Source: a bacterium
GTDB taxonomy: Bacteria; UBA8248
Direction of reading: 5' to 3'
DNA: 64,000 nucleotides
Assembly: GCA_965203325.1 (NCBI GenBank)
Contig: OZ241875.1
Span: 512,001-576,000, forward strand
Shown here: in pieces, positions 58,794 to 64,000 of the stretch
Position numbering within the stretch: the stretch's first letter is position 1
Layout: each line of letters starts with the position of its first letter
Position numbers and translations under genes: made by a program
The notes under the pieces: model-generated
Seen by the model: only the letters and a program-made list of their open reading frames with translations
Told to the model about the DNA's origin: nothing
The model's database searches: none

Positions 58794-59603
58794 TCACAGG
58801 CGCGGCCTCAGATATTCAATCGTCTTCGTCGCCGCCGTCTCGAAGTCGGGCTTCTGGGCGAGTTGGGCCGAGAGATAGCCCGCATAGCCCACCTCCTTGA
58901 GCGCGCCGATAATCTCATCGAACGGAATGTGGCCCGAACCTGGGTAGGTGCGCATGTTGTCGGCGATGTGGAAGTAGTCGATCCTGTCGCCCGCCTCGCG
59001 GATCGCGCCCGCGAACGAGGCGTCCTCGATGTTCATGTGGAAGCTGTCGATCAGGAAACCCACCGCCTCGTGGTTCATCTCGTCGAGAAAATCCAGGCCC
59101 TCTCGCGTGGAGCGCACGAAGTTCGTGTTGAAGCGGTGGTGCGGCTCGAAGAGCATCTTGATGCCGCGCTCCCCCGCCCTGTCCGCACCCGCGCGCAGTC
59201 CGTCCCACATCCACGCTTCGGACTCGGACCTCCGCTCGTCTTCCAGAAAATTCCCCCGGAAGCGGCCGATATTCACGGGACATCCCAGCTCGCCCGCGAA
59301 GTCGATGTGGCCGAAAAGACGCTCGATAGCCTTGGCGCGCACGTCCGCGTCTGGGTGGCAGATTTCGATCTCGTCCTGATAAGAGATCGGCGCCGTTCCG
59401 ATGAGGGAGACTTCGAGGCCGGTTTCCTCGATCGTGCGGCGCAGTTCGTCCTTGTCGAAAGCGCCCGCGTCGCGCGTCGCGAGTTCCACACCGTCGAATC
59501 CTAAGTCTTTCAGGAACATCAGATTATCTCGGAACGCGCCACGCACCGCGGGCATCAGCGGCGTCGTCACGTCGGGCGTTGCAACCACATAACCGATTTT
59601 CAT
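58794..59603 (-). CDS. Sugar phosphate isomerase/epimerase (xylose-isomerase-like TIM barrel)
   Basis: GFDGVEL, FEPHHRF, DSFHMNIED, HIADN, PGSGH. Confidence 0.88.
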   Translation of the reverse strand: MKIGYVVATPDVTTPLMPAVRGAFRDNLMFLKDLGFDGVELATRDAGAFDKDELRRTIEETGLEVSLIGTAPISYQDEIEICHPDADVRAKAIERLFGHIDFAGELGCPVNIGRFRGNFLEDERRSESEAWMWDGLRAGADRAGERGIKMLFEPHHRFNTNFVRSTREGLDFLDEMNHEAVGFLIDSFHMNIEDASFAGAIREAGDRIDYFHIADNMRTYPGSGHIPFDEIIGALKEVGYAGYLSAQLAQKPDFETAATKTIEYLRPRL

Positions 59604-59804
59604 GAAGCTTTGCTCCTCTCATTCAAGCATTTCATCAAGAAAAGTTGCTCGTCATACTTCATCCATACGTCTCAGCGGGTGCGGCGACACTATAGCCGCA
59701 AGGGCATCGGGGCGAAAGAGGAAGATGCGTTGCCCGAACGGCGGCGATTCTGTAGCTTTCATAAACAGGTATCCGATACCACACAAAACCCGGAGAGGAA
59801 CGGC

Positions 59805-60752
59805 ATGAGAGAAGACCAGAGGCTGCTTCACGGCGCAATCGACACCCACATCCACGCATCGCCCAGCCTGTTCCCGCGCGTCTGCGACCACATCGAGTGC
59901 GCGCGCGGGGCGGCTTCGGTCGGAATGCGCGGCGTGGTGTTCAAGATTCACCACGGCGACACGTCGGGCCGCATCCCCATCGTGCGCGAGGTGATGGGCG
60001 ACGCCATCGAGATTTACGGGGGCATCACGCTCAACAGCCCGGTGGGCGGGTTCAACCCCTTTGCGGTGGACACCGCCATCAAGATGGGGGCAAAGATGGT
60101 CTGGATGCCCACCATCAGTTCGCTGAACCACCTGGAAAAACTCGGTGCGCCGCATTTCCCGGGCATGAAGCAGACCAGGGGCGTGAAGCTTAAAGAAGAA
60201 GGCCTCACCATCTTCTCCGATGCGAAACGCACCAAGATACACCCCGAAGTCAGAACGATATGTAAACTCATCGCCGATGCGGGCATCTGCCTGAGCACGG
60301 GGCACCTGGACGTGGACGAGGTGCGCGCCTTGATCCCCCTCGCGAAAGAAGAGGGGGTGAAGCACATCATCGTCCAGCACCCCGAGTACATCGTGGACGC
60401 CTCTATCGAGGAGCAGGTGGAATTTGCCAAAATGGGGGCCTACATCGAGCATCTGGCGATCTTCTGCTTCACCCACTGGGGCGCGTACCCGACGGATGAG
60501 AACGCGCCTCCCATCTCCGTCAGGGAACAGGCCAAGATGGTGAAGGCCGTAGGCGCGGCGAAGACGATCCTCTCTACCGACCTGGGCCAGCTCCACAACG
60601 CGCCTCCCTGGGAGGGCCTGCGCGTGTTCGTTCAGTTGATGCTCGAGAACGGAATCAAGCCGCGCGAAATCGAGACCATGCTGCACAAGAACCCCGCCCG
60701 CATCCTGGGGCTGCCCTTGAAAGCGCCCAAGCGGGAGACGGAATCCGCCTAG
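59805..60752 (+). CDS. DUF6282-like metal-dependent hydrolase
   Basis: IDTHIHASP, GGITLN, VWMPT, STGH, QHP, STDLGQ; start MREDQ with GAGG RBS. Confidence 0.82.
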   Translation: MREDQRLLHGAIDTHIHASPSLFPRVCDHIECARGAASVGMRGVVFKIHHGDTSGRIPIVREVMGDAIEIYGGITLNSPVGGFNPFAVDTAIKMGAKMVWMPTISSLNHLEKLGAPHFPGMKQTRGVKLKEEGLTIFSDAKRTKIHPEVRTICKLIADAGICLSTGHLDVDEVRALIPLAKEEGVKHIIVQHPEYIVDASIEEQVEFAKMGAYIEHLAIFCFTHWGAYPTDENAPPISVREQAKMVKAVGAAKTILSTDLGQLHNAPPWEGLRVFVQLMLENGIKPREIETMLHKNPARILGLPLKAPKRETESA

Positions 60753-60799
60753 TTCGTAGGGGCGGAGAGGTTATCAGCCGTATTGTCGGGGTCGCATTT

Positions 60800-61070
60800 G
60801 GGGTTGTTGAAAAAGTTCCCGAGAGGGTAATGGCAACCCCCATGAAAGGGAAACCCCATAAAGCAACCCCCCCTACCCCCCCTTGTCAGGGGGGCAAGAA
60901 AAAGCAAAACCCCCTCGGCCCAGAGGGGACGCATCGCCTTTTTATACCCCCCTGACAAGGGGGCTTTTTTGTTTTTACCCCCCTGACAAGGGGGGGTAGG
61001 GGGGGTTGCCTTTCTATCCGAGAGAGGCTTCTCCTCTACCTCTGAAATGTGGCCTTTTTCAACATCCCCC
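60800..61070. repeat. Palindromic mosaic element (family A arms, A1 core, MITE-like ends)
   Basis: GGGGTTGTTGAAAAA ... TTTTTCAACATCCCC; left flank resembles the reverse complement of 16396-16460. Confidence 0.88.
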
Positions 61071-61101
61071 CGTAGTCGCGACCTGTGGGACAGCCCCGAG
61101 G

Positions 61102-62391
61102 CTACATCGAATACCCCGCGTCCCGGACGAAACGTCCCAACTCCCGCTTCGTCTCGTCGCCAAAACGCTCGAACATCTCGAGCGTCGCTTTCTTGCTGCC
61201 CTCCACGGCGGGCTGATCGAAAGGGTTCACCCCGCGCAGCAGGCCGCCGTAGACCGCCGCCCACTGCCACAGCGCGATGAGGCCGCACACGTCGGCGACT
61301 GCCAGGGAATCGAGGGTGAGAACCATGTGGGGCGTCCCCCTGCTCTCGGCTTCGGCGGCGACGCCCGCGTGCTCTAAGTGCAAAAACTCGGTGCAGCTCA
61401 CCCCGCCTGGGAGGCGTGCATCCTCCATGAAACGCCCGACACAGACTGACAGCCCAATGACGTTCTCCCGCCCGCCGAAATACCGCTGGTTCGTGTGGTG
61501 CTGACTCTCGGGCGCGCCCGCCCAGAGAATCGTCTGCCCGCGCCCGGCCTTGCAGTAGCTCTCATGCACCAGTTGCACGATGAGTTCGCCCGCGCCTGAT
61601 AGCGCATGGGCGTAAATCGGCATGAAGACCTCCGTGTAGCCGGCCCGCTCCGCCCGCCACAGTTCCAGGGCGAGGGTCTTCGCCATGTTCTCGCTTAGAG
61701 GCGAGGAGACCTTGAGCTTTTCGTGGGCGCCAGCGAAGGCGGCATCAATTTCTCCGGCCAGCTTCGTATTTCCCTCCAGCATCGCGAGGGGCAGGAGCGC
61801 GTTGTTCTGCGCGGCGGTGAAGCGCCCGCCCACCTCGTCGGGATGCGGGAAGGCCTCGAGATTCGCCTCGGCGACCATCGCAGCCAGCTTGCTCGGGCCG
61901 GATGAGGTGATCGCCAGCGCCGGATAGCCGCGCTCCATCAGGAGAGCGGTCTCCTGAATCACGTTTTCCGTCTCGCCCGACTTGCTCACGGGAACGATGA
62001 GCGTGTTCCCGGGGTTGAACGCGCCGCCTTCGCGCAGCAACTCTCCGAGCAGACCGCTCATGTCCGTGCCGTCGAGCAGGTGCAGCTTTCGGGCAAACCC
62101 CCGCTCTGAAAGCGCCAGATAGAGCGCCCACACGTTTCGTATCGATCCCCCGTTCCCGATAACGACGACGTGTTCTTTTCCCTCCGCCGCCCCGAGTTTC
62201 GCCTCCATGCCCGCTACGTCCGCCCGCTCCGTGGCGAACCAGGGCTCTCCCGGCCCCTTCTGATCCCAAGCTATCAGTTCGGCGCACCGCGCAGGGTTGT
62301 CGAGAAGGGCCTTTTTCTCGCGCCAGAGATCGTCCTTTCCCCTCTCGCCGAGCGGGGTTTCGAAACTCCTCAAGTACAGATGCAGGCTCAA
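61102..62391 (-). CDS. pgi: Glucose-6-phosphate isomerase-like SIS protein (divergent)
   Basis: IGNGGS, SKSGETE, VGGRFT, QLVHESYCK, QHHTNQ, NPFDQPAVEGSK. Confidence 0.78.
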   Translation of the reverse strand: MSLHLYLRSFETPLGERGKDDLWREKKALLDNPARCAELIAWDQKGPGEPWFATERADVAGMEAKLGAAEGKEHVVVIGNGGSIRNVWALYLALSERGFARKLHLLDGTDMSGLLGELLREGGAFNPGNTLIVPVSKSGETENVIQETALLMERGYPALAITSSGPSKLAAMVAEANLEAFPHPDEVGGRFTAAQNNALLPLAMLEGNTKLAGEIDAAFAGAHEKLKVSSPLSENMAKTLALELWRAERAGYTEVFMPIYAHALSGAGELIVQLVHESYCKAGRGQTILWAGAPESQHHTNQRYFGGRENVIGLSVCVGRFMEDARLPGGVSCTEFLHLEHAGVAAEAESRGTPHMVLTLDSLAVADVCGLIALWQWAAVYGGLLRGVNPFDQPAVEGSKKATLEMFERFGDETKRELGRFVRDAGYSM

Positions 62392-62433
62392 ACCTTGGCT
62401 CCTCGTTCCTAAGGTGTCGGAAAATGCATCATA

Positions 62434-63291
62434 TTACATCGGCCCCTCGTCCAGATGGGCCTTCATGCTGCGCAAGACGATGGGGATGAGACCCGCGGGC
62501 GGAAGATTCAACCGCTCGAAAACGAACGCAGCCGCCTCTTCAGGCGAAACATCATCTCCCTTCTCTGATAAGGCCTGCCGCACCAGTCCGTCGATCTCCT
62601 GCATATAGCCCGCCCCGCTCTCGATGTGGCTTGCAACCGCCTCATCACGCGAGACCTCCCGGCTCATGGCGGAGAGCAGGACGCTCACGCCTTGAAGCGC
62701 CTTCAGCCTCTCCAGACTCGCCAGCGTATCCCGTAAGCTCTCATAGATCGGCAACGCCCCCGGTTCGGGCAGCACGTCCCCGCAGATGAGCGCGCCCTCC
62801 TCCGGCACGAAGAAAGAGAGGCTTCCCGCCGAATGGCCCGGCGTGTGGATCACCCGGACTTTGACGCCGCCCGGCGATATCTCGCCGCCCTCGGCCAGAA
62901 AGCCCGCGAGCTTCACGGGGCCCGATACCGCATCGCGCATTCTCCCCACCGGACGGACGCTGTGCTGATAGTCCAGATCCTCGATCATCCGCCGCTCCGC
63001 CTCGGGGCCGAAAAATTCAGGTGCAGCCTTTTCCGCGACAAGACCGTTCCCGCCGATATGGTCGAAATGGGAGTGCGTGAGCAGGACGTGCGCAATCTCT
63101 TGAGGACTCCTGCCGATGGACTCGATGTAGGCGAAGATATCCGGCGCCGTTGCGGCGACGCCCGTGTCGATCAGGGTGAGCGTATCGCCCGCGAGGATGT
63201 AGGACGTGACGAACCTCGGGATCCGCTCGCCCGCGGGTGTTTTGATCTCGAATTCCAGCCAGAGGCAATGCACGTGCGGCGTGATCTGCAT
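62434..63291 (-). CDS. MBL-fold metallo-hydrolase
   Basis: LIDTG, THSHFDH, TPGHS, CGD; start MQITPH. Confidence 0.88.
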   Translation of the reverse strand: MQITPHVHCLWLEFEIKTPAGERIPRFVTSYILAGDTLTLIDTGVAATAPDIFAYIESIGRSPQEIAHVLLTHSHFDHIGGNGLVAEKAAPEFFGPEAERRMIEDLDYQHSVRPVGRMRDAVSGPVKLAGFLAEGGEISPGGVKVRVIHTPGHSAGSLSFFVPEEGALICGDVLPEPGALPIYESLRDTLASLERLKALQGVSVLLSAMSREVSRDEAVASHIESGAGYMQEIDGLVRQALSEKGDDVSPEEAAAFVFERLNLPPAGLIPIVLRSMKAHLDEGPM

Positions 63292-63375
63292 GGAATCATC
63301 CTGGATGAATGGCGGAAAATTTATTAGTGCATCAATCAACGGGGAATCTACCAAAACCGCAAGGCGCGCGAAACG

Positions 63376-63606
63376 CGGTTGTTGTAAAAGTCCGAAAGGA
63401 AATAAATCACTCCCCCCTTGAGGGGCTTGTTGATAAACCCCGAGAGGAAAATTTGTTTGTGTGTAGGGGTCGCATATATGCGACCCTGATTTTTTTGCCC
63501 ACTACAAGGGCCGCATGTATGCGGCCCCTACAAAACCACCCCTCCTCGGTCGCACAAAACCCTCGTTCATCAGGACTTTTTCAACAGCCCCTCAAGGGGG
63601 GAGTGG
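63376..63606. repeat. Nested mosaic: family B arms > GTTGA-ended element > GTAG-REP doublet
   Basis: CACTCCCCCCTTGAGGGG | CTTGTTGATAAA ... GTAGGGGTCGCATATATGCGACCC ... GGGCCGCATGTATGCGGCCCCTAC ... TTTTTCAACAG | CCCCTCAAGGGGGGAGTG. Confidence 0.85.
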
Positions 63607-63812
63607 TTGGTTCACGCTCTGCAAGCGAGGAGTAAAGTTTCATCTCTCCATGATCGGCTCCATAAGTGGAATCACAAATTCACGAAATCCTCATCTTTTC
63701 CTCGCCCTTAACTTGCTGTATAAAGCCGCTTTGCGGCGGGTCCGCCGGAAAATCGCCCGTTTGGGCTGATGCGGCCCGCCGCGCGCGGAGAGCATTTTCT
63801 CTGGAGAAGACG

Positions 63813-64000
63813 ATGAACACGACCGCCTTGAGCCTCACCCTGCTCGCCGTCCTGTGCTTCGGCGTCTGGGGATTCTTCATGAAGATGGGCCAGGAGCGCC
63901 TGGGCGCGATGCCGCACCTCATGGGAATGGGCGTCACCACCGCGGTCGTCGTGGTGATCGCCGTCTTGAGCAGACAGTTCCCCTTGCCGCCGATGCGTAT
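63813..64000 (+). CDS. EamA-like membrane protein, 3'-truncated by the window edge
   Basis: GGAG RBS, ATG 63813, hydrophobic MNTTALSLTLLAVLCFGVWGFFMKMG... Confidence 0.65.
   Translation, partial: MNTTALSLTLLAVLCFGVWGFFMKMGQERLGAMPHLMGMGVTTAVVVVIAVLSRQFPLPPMR

Noticed and set aside
3863..63606. CRISPR array or integron attC cassette array
   Set aside because: The repeats are dispersed and palindromic, with no regular repeat-spacer period, no cas or intI gene, and no consistent attC core geometry.
1..64000. tRNA (including tRNA-Sec), rRNA or prophage genes
   Set aside because: None recognised by eye; tRNAscan-SE or Aragorn would be needed to exclude them formally.

Overview
GC-rich bacterial chromosomal window of about 60 genes; the host cannot be identified from sequence alone. 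Main content: (1) methylated-glycine metabolism at 4-15 kb, with a GcvT-family aminomethyltransferase, a dimethylglycine-oxidase-like flavoprotein and a selenium-dependent glycine/betaine-reductase-like operon grdC-grdA-grdE-grdB. The ORF track splits grdA and grdB at in-frame UGA (selenocysteine) codons, each followed by a SECIS-like hairpin. The enzyme is atypical: GrdB has UxxGxxS instead of UxxCxxC, GrdE lacks the pyruvoyl-precursor cysteine segment, and no grdD, thioredoxin or sel genes lie in the window. (2) Catabolic and transport genes: tandem MBL hydrolases, tandem acetyl-CoA-synthetase-like ligases, TRAP, TauE, amidohydrolases, CocE and SDRs. (3) Defence and toxin-antitoxin patches: GmrSD-like, an ABC-ATPase plus PIN pair, HNH, HipBA, two intact VapC pairs, one decayed VapC pair and RES. 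(4) Two apparently identical 1387-bp IS256-family copies with different 9-bp target duplications. (5) About twelve intergenic mosaics of palindromic REP/MITE-like modules, plus a 56-bp inverted repeat bracketing a 5.4-kb block. No rRNA, tRNA or CRISPR array was recognised. All family calls are from motif recognition, not database searches.
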